NCBI GenBank assembly: GCA_947467435.1
Contig: CANIIA010000006.1
Location: forward strand, 1 to 60,145
From: Betaproteobacteria bacterium
GTDB lineage: Bacteria; Pseudomonadota; Gammaproteobacteria; Burkholderiales; SG8-39
Length of the DNA: 60,145 nt
Direction: 5' to 3'
The notes beneath the pieces are model-generated. The model did not search any database, had not been told where the DNA came from, and was given only the letters and a program-made list of their open reading frames with translations. This document shows positions 40,853-49,192 of the stretch, one piece after another. The translations under genes were made by a program, and so were the position numbers. The first letter of the stretch is position 1. Every line of letters begins with the position of its first letter.

Positions 40853-41618
40853 TGGTAGATCCATGCTCAAACCACCCCATTTCTTCACCCCGTTTGTACG
40901 TAGTGTTGCACTCAATCTGATTTGGACCTTGATAACGTAAATGCAGCAAGGTATCCAAAAAATGCAAGCGGATACTCGCGACCAGAATCGCTGCAACGGG
41001 CACCATGACCAGTGGTGCGCCATCGGGCAAACGGGTTTGCACCACCGCACGTTCATTGCGACAAAACAATCGCTCCACGCGCTTCAGAGCAATCGGGTTG
41101 ACATTCCAAGTGTCTCCGGACACATACACCGTACGCTCGACATGCAAGTCGCTTGGCGCATGAAAGCGGTGATACATGCTCGATTTAATGCGCAAAGTGA
41201 CATAGGTACTGTCTCGACAGATCGAGACCAACTCCGGTGTCGGCAAGAGATCTTCCAGTGTGTAAGGAAAGCCCTTAGCTTGGTACAGCCGCGTGCCATC
41301 GACCAAGCCTTGCGCACCGACAATTGCATCGCACGGACTCACCAACACCGAACGGTCGGAATGAATCGGCCGAGCACTTGGTTTTAATTCACGGACAAAA
41401 CATGCATGCAAACTCGAAAAAGTCTGCACGCGAGATTCACTCAAGTCGAGATCGGCAAAGCAGCGCCAAATCGCAATGGATATTCGACAAAGCAATGGAT
41501 GTTCAATTTTGCTAAACCATCCCATCCACAAGGTCAACGCGCGCCGTGGAATTCGGTTTGTAAGCAAAAAATTTACATCTTCATTCAGTAATTGAAACAA
41601 CAATTTTAGTGTTCGCAT
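40755..41618 (-). CDS. psd: Phosphatidylserine decarboxylase family proenzyme
   Basis: FVRELKP.ARP, SPCDA, QAKG, YHRFHAP, LFCRNER, EMGWFEHGSTII autocleavage motif; ATG at 41618. Confidence 0.88.
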   Translation of the reverse strand: MRTLKLLFQLLNEDVNFLLTNRIPRRALTLWMGWFSKIEHPLLCRISIAIWRCFADLDLSESRVQTFSSLHACFVRELKPSARPIHSDRSVLVSPCDAIVGAQGLVDGTRLYQAKGFPYTLEDLLPTPELVSICRDSTYVTLRIKSSMYHRFHAPSDLHVERTVYVSGDTWNVNPIALKRVERLFCRNERAVVQTRLPDGAPLVMVPVAAILVASIRLHFLDTLLHLRYQGPNQIECNTTYKRGEEMGWFEHGSTIIVFAPKGYAVCAENQPGAALRMGQPLMRRVE

Positions 41619-41658
41619 CCGTGAATAAGCCCTATGTAGCACTCTGTAAGGAAACACC

Positions 41659-43368
41659 ATGACGATTGAGTTGATCGCCCAAACATTGAATACCATCGGC
41701 ACCAGCGGTACCGTACTGGGTCTGACTGCGGCAGCTGGCGCAGCGAGCCTGTTGCCCGCTGCGCAACAACGCATCGCGCTGTCGTTTGCCAAACACCCCT
41801 CCCTTGCAGGACATCCGCGCACTGCAAGGCGTATCGCACAACTGCTGCCGTATTACGCTTACGATGAACAAACGTTCTTTTCTTGCGATGACGCGCCCTT
41901 GTTGATTCAGGACAGGCGACGCGCTGGATTTGCAAGACTGCATGCGCTGTATCAAGAAAGATTTTCTAAAGGCATTAATGCAGCCAACCAACTGCGACAC
42001 GGATTGTCTGATCTGCAATTCACCTCGAACTACCGCGTGCCATTTCAATTTAGCCAACACGTAAAAACGCATTTGGCTGCTGGCCCTTTTGTACAATCTT
42101 CTGCGGGGGTCACCGTCAATGATCTTGACGGTAATTGTTTCTATGACCTGACCGGATCGTATGGCGTCAATCTGCTTGGCTACGATTTCTATAAAGCATG
42201 CATTGCTGAAGGTAGCGCGGCGGTCCAGACCCTCGGACCCGTACTGGGTGCTTACCATCCAATCGTTTTGGATAATGTGCAACGATTGCGCGCGATCTCT
42301 GGTTTGGATGAAGTGTCGTTCCACATGTCGGGGACCGAAGCCGTGATGCAAGCGGTTCGCTTGGCGCGATACCACACTGGCAAAACGCACTTGGTACGTT
42401 TTTGTGGCGCTTATCACGGCTGGTGGGGCGATGTGCAACCCGGCGTTGGCAATCCATCGACCGCCCGTGAAACATACACCCTGAGCGAAATGAGCAAGCG
42501 GACGTTGAATATTCTGCGTACGCGCTCCGATATTGCTTGCGTATTGGTCAATCCATTGCAGGCCTTGCATCCAAACCAAGCCGCGCCTGCGGATGGTTCG
42601 CTGATCGATGGCAGTCGTCGTGCTGAATTTCAACGTGACGGCTATACCGAGTGGCTGCGAGATTTGCGACAGATCTGTACCGAGCGGGGCATTGCGCTGA
42701 TTTTTGATGAGGTCTTTGTCGGTTTTCGTTTGGCTCGGGCAGGCGCGCAAGAGTACTTTGGCGTGCGTGCCGACATGGTGACGTACGGTAAAACTCTGGG
42801 GGGTGGATTGCCCGTTGGGGTGTTGTGTGGCGCGCATCAATGGATGCGTCGATTCAAAGATGATGCGCCTGCCGACATCTGCTTTGCACGAGGCACATTT
42901 AACGCCCACCCTTATGTGATGGGGACCATGAATCGCTTTTTGCAGTTTGTTGAAACAGAAGAAGCGCACGCGATGTACGCGGCAGATAACGATTTGTGGA
43001 ACGCGCGAGCCGCTGATCTGAATGCGCGGTTGATCAACGCACGTGTACCGGTCCAAGTGGCAAATATGGCCTCGATTTGGACGGTGTTGTACACACAACC
43101 GGGCCGCTACCACTGGATGCTGCAATATTATTTGCGTGCGCAAGGCTTGGCCCTTAGCTGGGTGGGGACCGGGCGATTGATCTTCAGTCTCAATTACACA
43201 AACGCAGACTTTAATGAAGTCGCAGAGCGCTTTGTGAACGCTTGTCGCGCAATGCAAGCCGATGGATGGTGGTGGAGCAACGCAAAGCTCACCAACAAAG
43301 CGATCCGGCGCCGTGTCTTAAAAGAATCGATACGGCACCGGTTAGGATGGTTTAACAGATCCGCTTAA
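41659..43368 (+). CDS. Class III PLP aminotransferase (HemL/GSA-aminomutase-like) with long hydrophobic N-terminal extension
   Basis: DLDGN.FYDL, SGTEAVMQAVRLAR, YHGWW, LIFDEVFVGFR, DMVTYGKTLGGGLPVG (PLP Lys), GTFNAHP. Confidence 0.88.
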   Translation: MTIELIAQTLNTIGTSGTVLGLTAAAGAASLLPAAQQRIALSFAKHPSLAGHPRTARRIAQLLPYYAYDEQTFFSCDDAPLLIQDRRRAGFARLHALYQERFSKGINAANQLRHGLSDLQFTSNYRVPFQFSQHVKTHLAAGPFVQSSAGVTVNDLDGNCFYDLTGSYGVNLLGYDFYKACIAEGSAAVQTLGPVLGAYHPIVLDNVQRLRAISGLDEVSFHMSGTEAVMQAVRLARYHTGKTHLVRFCGAYHGWWGDVQPGVGNPSTARETYTLSEMSKRTLNILRTRSDIACVLVNPLQALHPNQAAPADGSLIDGSRRAEFQRDGYTEWLRDLRQICTERGIALIFDEVFVGFRLARAGAQEYFGVRADMVTYGKTLGGGLPVGVLCGAHQWMRRFKDDAPADICFARGTFNAHPYVMGTMNRFLQFVETEEAHAMYAADNDLWNARAADLNARLINARVPVQVANMASIWTVLYTQPGRYHWMLQYYLRAQGLALSWVGTGRLIFSLNYTNADFNEVAERFVNACRAMQADGWWWSNAKLTNKAIRRRVLKESIRHRLGWFNRSA

Positions 43369-43973
43369 GCACCGTGACTTGCGTGATCCGGATCAATCAA
43401 CTGCCCTTGCAGTAGGTACAGCGGTGCCTTGCAATACAACTTTGCATCATGAAATGGGTCGGTCAAAATTTTAGTGCACCAAACCAAGCCAGCTTGCACA
43501 TCACGCAAGAAAAACAAATGCACTGTACGAAACAACAATCCACCAATGCCAATCCATAACCAAAGCAAACCAGTGTTATGAACAAACTCGGCTGGATTGC
43601 TATGCGGGGTCATTAATCCAAAAAAACCGGGCGCCACATACAACGCAAATGGTGACAGCGCCCAGATACTCATCAGTACGACTTTACGCTTTAAGTTATA
43701 GCCCACTTTAATTTCTTCTTTGTACGCATGCGTGGCACGATTAATATGGTCGTAGCCCTTCGGCTCAAAGAAAAAATGTCCGGCTTGGCGACTGGTCATC
43801 GACACTAGCCAAGCCAATACCGCAGCCAATGCTGGATCAATAAACAACAACACATAGGCACACAGAAAACTCACGGCACTCACCAAATGGAGCGACTGGT
43901 TGATGCGACTGTGATGATAGTACCGATGATCATCCCAACGTTGCTCGTGTAGCTCTGAAAAAAAACCACGCAT
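43365..43973 (-). CDS. Mpo1/DUF962-like membrane protein
   Basis: His motifs YYHHSRINQSLH and RQAGHFFFE plus about four TM segments. Confidence 0.65.
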   Translation of the reverse strand: MRGFFSELHEQRWDDHRYYHHSRINQSLHLVSAVSFLCAYVLLFIDPALAAVLAWLVSMTSRQAGHFFFEPKGYDHINRATHAYKEEIKVGYNLKRKVVLMSIWALSPFALYVAPGFFGLMTPHSNPAEFVHNTGLLWLWIGIGGLLFRTVHLFFLRDVQAGLVWCTKILTDPFHDAKLYCKAPLYLLQGQLIDPDHASHGA

Positions 43974-44004
43974 GATCTCTCCGCAATAGTGTGTGACATG
44001 ATTC

Positions 44005-44082
44005 AGCTTAGGGCAAAGGTATGACGCGAATGCGACAAGGCTGTTGCAAATTCAAGATGATTTGATGACACGACAAAGACAG
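44005..44082 (-). promoter_or_regulatory. Six-unit Pho-box-like array and -10 upstream of the Mpo1-like gene
   Basis: Minus strand CTGTCTT/GTGTCAT/TCATCTT/TTGCAAC/TTGTCGC/GCGTCAT at exact 11-bp period, 10 nt, TAAGCT. Confidence 0.7.
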
Positions 44083-44123
44083 CGCCGATCACCCGATGGG
44101 GGTGTTTCAGCGCGGTCGATGCA

Positions 44124-46346
44124 TCACACCCCGATCACGCCACCATCTTCGCGCGTGATCACAATGGTTGCAGAACGCGGGCGACCTGCTGGCCCATACC
44201 CCACATTGCCTGGCCATCGGCTTTGATAACTAAATTCCGCTGCACCACCAAGCGCGGGTGTGTCTTCACCCGGATGTTGAATATTGACGAAGAGTGCCTT
44301 GCCATCCGGCGATTCCGTCAGCCCAGTCACTTCAGCACCTTTGGGGGCAATTAAAAACCGACGTAAACGTGCTTCACCCAACAGCGCACCCACAAACGTC
44401 TCTTGTTTACCGTCACGTACCGCACCATCGACCCGCTGCTGGTTCATGGCCGCAGTTTTTCCACCATCGCCGACACGACCCGGCAGCGCTGCGAGCAACA
44501 TGCAATTGGTTTCATCAGTCATGGCGCCATCATCGGTTTGAATCCAACAGATGCCGGTAGCTTGACTAAACCACAAGCCATCGGGAGACGAAAAACTATT
44601 CTTGGCAGTTAACCCAGAGAGATTCGCCGCGCCCGCATCTTCTTCGGCACCAAAGACAAAAATATCCCAATAAAAATTTAATGCATGCGGCGCACCATCT
44701 TCACGGAACCGAATGATGTGCCCATTCGGATTACCTGACTGCTTCTTGCCATCTTGGTCGATGTAGGCGCGCGGGTTAGCCGCATTGACGTTATTCAGTG
44801 TGCGCGTGTTGTTGTTCGTCAGTGAAAAATAGACTTCACCATTGTGCGGATTTACCGCACCCCACTCAGGGCGATCCATAGGCGTCGCGCCAAGCGCATC
44901 TGCAGCCAGCCGAGTAAATACCAACACATCAGCTTGGCTTTGGAAGGCAAAGTTTTTTGCATGGGCGATGGCCGCTTGTTGCACGCTCATTTCAAGCCAC
45001 TGACCTTTGCCATCGGCGTCGAAACGCGCGACATACAAGGTACCTTCGTTCAAGTACTTGTCACCCGCTTGCATCCCACCACCCACATCACGTGGATCCC
45101 AAACCGCTGCTGTCACAAATTTGTAGATGTATTCGTTTCTTGAATCGCAGCCCATGTAAAACACCAGCGGCTGACCAGCGCGAGGAATGCTGCACACCGC
45201 AGCTTCATGCGCCAAACGTCCCAATGCAATACGTTTCGCAGGACGCTGATCTGGCGCTAACGGATCCATTTCGACCACATAGCCAAAGGTATTTTCTTCC
45301 TGACGAAAATCTTCTGTTGGACGATCACTGATTGCCGCCAAATTCCATCGAGAAAATCGATCATCTGTCGTTGACACGGTGTGCCAACCTTGGCTGCGCT
45401 CAGTTTTTTTGGACGATGACAAAGGCTCGGTCACCACGCCATAGCGTTTGCGTGCTTGCACTGTGCGCGCATCTGTTGCAGCGGCACCGGCAGACAGTTG
45501 AAAATAATTCGCCCAATTTTCTTCGCAAGATAAGTAGGTACCCCATGGAGTTTTTCCATGGCCACAGGGGTTTAACACACCGCGCGCCTGCCGACCCATC
45601 GGATCAAACCGCGTGACCATCAGCGCAAACACGTCGGCCTGTACTGCTTTGGGTGCTGCAATCCGCACTGGGCTTAGCGGGGTAACGCGCCGGTGATAAG
45701 TGGAATTTGCCACCATTTGCCAGCCAGCAGCAGAACGCACGATCTCCACCATCGACACACCGTGCAAATTAATTTCTTTCATCACCTCATCCAACGGACG
45801 CGTGCCAAGATCCCAATTACCGAACTGATGAAATTTTTTTCCGCTCACACCATTTGAGGTTTGACCATTGGGATGCAGAAAATGTGCATCTGCTGAGCTT
45901 TCGTGATTCACACAAAGCACTGCGCGTCCGGTATCCACCGAGGTGTAATGCCCCTTGGCGTCGATAAAGTACAGATCCATGCCATCGTGATGATCACCAA
46001 TGCGCCGAGACCAATCATCTTGCTCGGTGCCCACACTTGAAAAAGCACTCAATGACAGGTCAAGCGGATCACCGCTGGCATGCAAGACGGTGTATCGGTA
46101 ACCTGGCGGCAACACCACACGGTCTTCCAGGCTTTTGTCCAGGGATGAAAAGCCAAGTGCGTTGTTTGGTGCACCAGCCTCTTGGCCCAAGGTGGCACAT
46201 CCGGTCAGCACACTGGCCATACTGAGCCCGACACCACCACGCAAAATCTGTCGGCGCATCGGGCTGGATAAGCCTTGGGTGAGTACCGTTTGAAAATGGA
46301 TGTTGTCAGAGGGATTGAAATCATCATCTTGATCATGCTGAGACAC
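44124..46346 (-). CDS. phoX: PhoX-family alkaline phosphatase (Tat-exported, likely lipoprotein)
   Basis: RRQIL Tat motif, LTGC lipobox, GDHHDGM, VNHE, TPWGTYLSCEENW, GRLAHE, MDRPEW, SPDGL, IQTD, NIQHPGE; GGAG SD before GTG 46346. Confidence 0.93.
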   Translation of the reverse strand: MSQHDQDDDFNPSDNIHFQTVLTQGLSSPMRRQILRGGVGLSMASVLTGCATLGQEAGAPNNALGFSSLDKSLEDRVVLPPGYRYTVLHASGDPLDLSLSAFSSVGTEQDDWSRRIGDHHDGMDLYFIDAKGHYTSVDTGRAVLCVNHESSADAHFLHPNGQTSNGVSGKKFHQFGNWDLGTRPLDEVMKEINLHGVSMVEIVRSAAGWQMVANSTYHRRVTPLSPVRIAAPKAVQADVFALMVTRFDPMGRQARGVLNPCGHGKTPWGTYLSCEENWANYFQLSAGAAATDARTVQARKRYGVVTEPLSSSKKTERSQGWHTVSTTDDRFSRWNLAAISDRPTEDFRQEENTFGYVVEMDPLAPDQRPAKRIALGRLAHEAAVCSIPRAGQPLVFYMGCDSRNEYIYKFVTAAVWDPRDVGGGMQAGDKYLNEGTLYVARFDADGKGQWLEMSVQQAAIAHAKNFAFQSQADVLVFTRLAADALGATPMDRPEWGAVNPHNGEVYFSLTNNNTRTLNNVNAANPRAYIDQDGKKQSGNPNGHIIRFREDGAPHALNFYWDIFVFGAEEDAGAANLSGLTAKNSFSSPDGLWFSQATGICWIQTDDGAMTDETNCMLLAALPGRVGDGGKTAAMNQQRVDGAVRDGKQETFVGALLGEARLRRFLIAPKGAEVTGLTESPDGKALFVNIQHPGEDTPALGGAAEFSYQSRWPGNVGYGPAGRPRSATIVITREDGGVIGV

Positions 46347-47199
46347 GCGGACGCTCCACAGGTTTGTTCGACATAACGACTGGCACGGCGACTTCATGAA
46401 TGGGCTGAGAACTTGGCTCATCTAGTTCGAAGGGTATAGAAACTTGTTCAGGTGCAACCGTCTGTCGAATCAGTTGCATCTGGCCATCCATGTGTTCAAC
46501 AACGGCCGTACAACTATCCACCCAATCCCCACAATTTAAATATTGGATTCCTTCAAGCTCACGAATCGCGGGCGTATGAATATGCCCACAAATGACTCCA
46601 TCAAAACCTCGACTACGCACGTGATGGGCAATCGCTCCTTCATAGCCGGAAATAAAACTTGCGGCACCCTGCACGTTGCGCTTCGCGTAATCAGCGAGCG
46701 ACCAATGTCCTGCGATACGAAAGCGCCGACGCGTCCATGAAAGCACACGGTTTAAATGCAGCAACATAGTGTAGGACAAATCACCTAAGACCGATAACCA
46801 GCGTGCATAAGTTGTAATCTGATCATACTCGTCACCGTGAATGACCAAGTAGCGTTTGCCATCTGCCGCCACATGCACGACTTGACGCTCAATATAAATA
46901 GACCCAAACGCATGTTCAGTAAAGCGCCTTAGCGCCTCGTCATGATTACCTGGCACATAAATCACACGCGCGCCATGTCGTGCCGCGCGCAAAATCTTTT
47001 GAATGACCGTGTTGTGTTCTGGCGGCCAATAGATACCGCGCTTTAAGGCCCAGAAATCAATAATGTCACCCACGAGGTACAGCGTATCAAATTCGTAGTC
47101 ACGCAAAAATTGCAGCAGGCGGTTGGATTGGCAAGCACGCGTTCCTAGATGGATATCCGATAAAAAAACCGTGCGTACACGCTGTCGCGATTCAGTCAT
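46333..47199 (-). CDS. plcP: PlcP-like intracellular phospholipase C (LpxH-like metallophosphoesterase)
   Basis: FLSDIHLG, LYLVGDIID, PGNHDE, IHGD, CGHIH, NCGDWVDSCTA; co-located with btaAB. Confidence 0.85.
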   Translation of the reverse strand: MTESRQRVRTVFLSDIHLGTRACQSNRLLQFLRDYEFDTLYLVGDIIDFWALKRGIYWPPEHNTVIQKILRAARHGARVIYVPGNHDEALRRFTEHAFGSIYIERQVVHVAADGKRYLVIHGDEYDQITTYARWLSVLGDLSYTMLLHLNRVLSWTRRRFRIAGHWSLADYAKRNVQGAASFISGYEGAIAHHVRSRGFDGVICGHIHTPAIRELEGIQYLNCGDWVDSCTAVVEHMDGQMQLIRQTVAPEQVSIPFELDEPSSQPIHEVAVPVVMSNKPVERPRVSA

Positions 47200-47920
47200 G
47201 CGTGCCATCCTCTTTTTGACCGATAAATTGATACCAAGGCACACCCGAACCAAATAACCATGCGGTGTGCGCCATATGTTCATGTACAAGCATCGGCTGA
47301 AATACGTTGCGTAAATAAGGCAAGTGATCTGCACTAGGATGAACGCCATCATGACCAAACCAAAGCGGCCAAAACGCTCTGGTTAATACGCTATGTTGAC
47401 GTGCACCAGGTTCAGCGCAGCGGCGAGAGACATAAAAATCCACCACCCCAATCCGCCCTCCAGGGCGCAACATATTGAAGGCTGCATCTATCGCCTTAAA
47501 CCAATCCGGAATCATGGTCAGTGCGTAACTAAACAACACCACGTCAGCGGGTTGCGCTGGGCACCACGTGGTGACATCCGCTTCAATTATTTGCACGTTG
47601 GCATGCCCAGCGGCACGACGTTTGGCTTGATTGAGTAACGCAGGACATAAATCTACCAAGGTCACTTGCTCTAGGGTCGCAAGGGTCGGGTACAAATAAT
47701 CGAGACTCTTTCCTGTGCCGGCGCCGAGTTCGACAAACCGCTCGCCGGGTTTGAGTGCCAGCGCATCGACCAACGCTTGTCTGCCGTGTAAGAGCTGTTC
47801 TCTGCTTTGGTCGTACGCATTGGCTTGAGGTGCATAAAACGCGTTGAGCCGCTCAGCCAAACCAGGCGCACGTGATTGACCCCGCATTAACTGCCAAATC
47901 ACTGCGGCGCTGAGTCCCAC
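47192..47920 (-). CDS. btaB: SAM-dependent methyltransferase BtaB-like (betaine lipid)
   Basis: FYAPQA..YD..R..LLHGR, VELGAGTG, FSYALTMIPDW, GVVDFYV, WFGHDGV; directly after btaA. Confidence 0.85.
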   Translation of the reverse strand: MGLSAAVIWQLMRGQSRAPGLAERLNAFYAPQANAYDQSREQLLHGRQALVDALALKPGERFVELGAGTGKSLDYLYPTLATLEQVTLVDLCPALLNQAKRRAAGHANVQIIEADVTTWCPAQPADVVLFSYALTMIPDWFKAIDAAFNMLRPGGRIGVVDFYVSRRCAEPGARQHSVLTRAFWPLWFGHDGVHPSADHLPYLRNVFQPMLVHEHMAHTAWLFGSGVPWYQFIGQKEDGTHD

Positions 47921-47938
47921 GATGTGAGTCGTTTCTAG

Positions 47939-49120
47939 TTAGGCAATACGTGCAATATGAAAACCAGCATAGGTATGCACGCGGTCTTCACGTTGCAATT
48001 GTTCAGCGCGTTCAACATCCAATTGCAGCAGCGAACGCAACGGACGATCTGCGCCTTTGCCGGGAACAAGGACCGTATCCAAAAATCCGGGATTAGCATG
48101 TGCGCTACGAAAAATAATACGGGCATCTTGACTGGCGCGTTTGAGAATCGCTGCCCATTCGCGACCTAACTCGCGCTCATTCACACTTGCCATCCAATCC
48201 ATATGATCAAGTAACACAAACCGCGTGATGGGCTGTTCACCTGACTCTAGAAAATCCGTCACCGTGGTTGTTGTGGTGTGAATGCGCTCAACGCCACCCG
48301 CTTTGAGTTTCGCAAAACCCTGCGAGGTTAAATACTCGGGGCAACAGTCTTGGGCATATGCCCCATGTAAATACAAACTCCAGAAATAATTACTCCGTGC
48401 TGGCAACTCACGAAACACCCAACCCAATGACTCACGCACAAATCCAGGCACACCGCCCTGATGCTGTCGACGGACTTCTTCATGTTGTGACACGGGCACC
48501 CCCAACAAACTCATGGTGAATTGTCGCGACAAGGCCCAATCCAAACTCCCGTTCCACATCGCAGGTTCAACGCGCGTATCGTAAATTTTTCGTTGCGCCG
48601 CCAAGTTCGGCGCGGCAAACAGTTCGTTCAGTGCTTCACGTAATCGCGGTCGAAACGCTAACCACCCACGAAATGCACGTGCCACGAGTCCTGATAACCC
48701 GTGACCATACAAACCCGGTGCGCCGCTCATCCAATGTGCATGCCGCCGCCAGTACTGCGCTGCATACGGCGAGAGGTGCGGGGCAAGCGCCTGGTGATAC
48801 ATCGCGCGAAATTGCGGATGCCAGCCTCGCCCAAACAGCGAAAAGAAATCTTCGTACTCAAGCCCACGAATCCCAGCGAGCTTTAATTCAAGCAATGCGT
48901 TCTGACGTGGATTGGCATCCACGGCATCGACATGCCCTGCCCCTGCCAGCACGTAATCGAGGGCGTTACAACCGGCACTGGTGATGACCAACACGCGATC
49001 TGCTTCGCTCAGCGCAAGCGCCTGACGATCTACCGCTGGATCTTCCCAGCACGCGTTATAAATTAAGTTGCGCGCATACAGCGCATCGAAGATCTTTTGG
49101 TTTAAATTGTTTTTAAGCAT
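47939..49120 (-). CDS. btaA: BtaA (DUF3419) SAM:diacylglycerol 3-amino-3-carboxypropyl transferase
   Basis: LIYNACWEDPAVD, ITSAGCNALDY, VDANPRQNALLELK, NYFW, CPEYL, LLDHMDW, DRVHTY. Confidence 0.9.
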   Translation of the reverse strand: MLKNNLNQKIFDALYARNLIYNACWEDPAVDRQALALSEADRVLVITSAGCNALDYVLAGAGHVDAVDANPRQNALLELKLAGIRGLEYEDFFSLFGRGWHPQFRAMYHQALAPHLSPYAAQYWRRHAHWMSGAPGLYGHGLSGLVARAFRGWLAFRPRLREALNELFAAPNLAAQRKIYDTRVEPAMWNGSLDWALSRQFTMSLLGVPVSQHEEVRRQHQGGVPGFVRESLGWVFRELPARSNYFWSLYLHGAYAQDCCPEYLTSQGFAKLKAGGVERIHTTTTTVTDFLESGEQPITRFVLLDHMDWMASVNERELGREWAAILKRASQDARIIFRSAHANPGFLDTVLVPGKGADRPLRSLLQLDVERAEQLQREDRVHTYAGFHIARIA

Positions 49121-49128
49121 GGGAACAC

Positions 49129-49184
49129 AGTTTCCCTGCTTTAGATGACACGACAGTGACCGTATCGTGACAGCGATGTGACGA
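49129..49184 (-). promoter_or_regulatory. Four-unit Pho-box array and -10 upstream of btaA
   Basis: Minus strand TCGTCAC-N4-CTGTCAC-N4-CGGTCAC-N4-GTGTCAT, 10 nt, GAAACT. Confidence 0.85.
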
Positions 49185-49192
49185 CGGATTGT

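Noticed and set aside
41619-41822. psd N-terminal extension and a possible Pho box for psd or the aminotransferase
   Set aside because: The extension overlaps the opposite gene; only one TCGTCAT unit is seen, with no clean 11-bp array or -10.
41632-43257. 541-aa minus-strand ORF
   Set aside because: Antisense shadow of the well-supported aminotransferase; no recognisable motifs.
37755-49184. 11-bp periodic repeats as CRISPR or iteron arrays
   Set aside because: Units are 7-mers with 4-nt spacers placed before -10 elements; no cas or rep genes.
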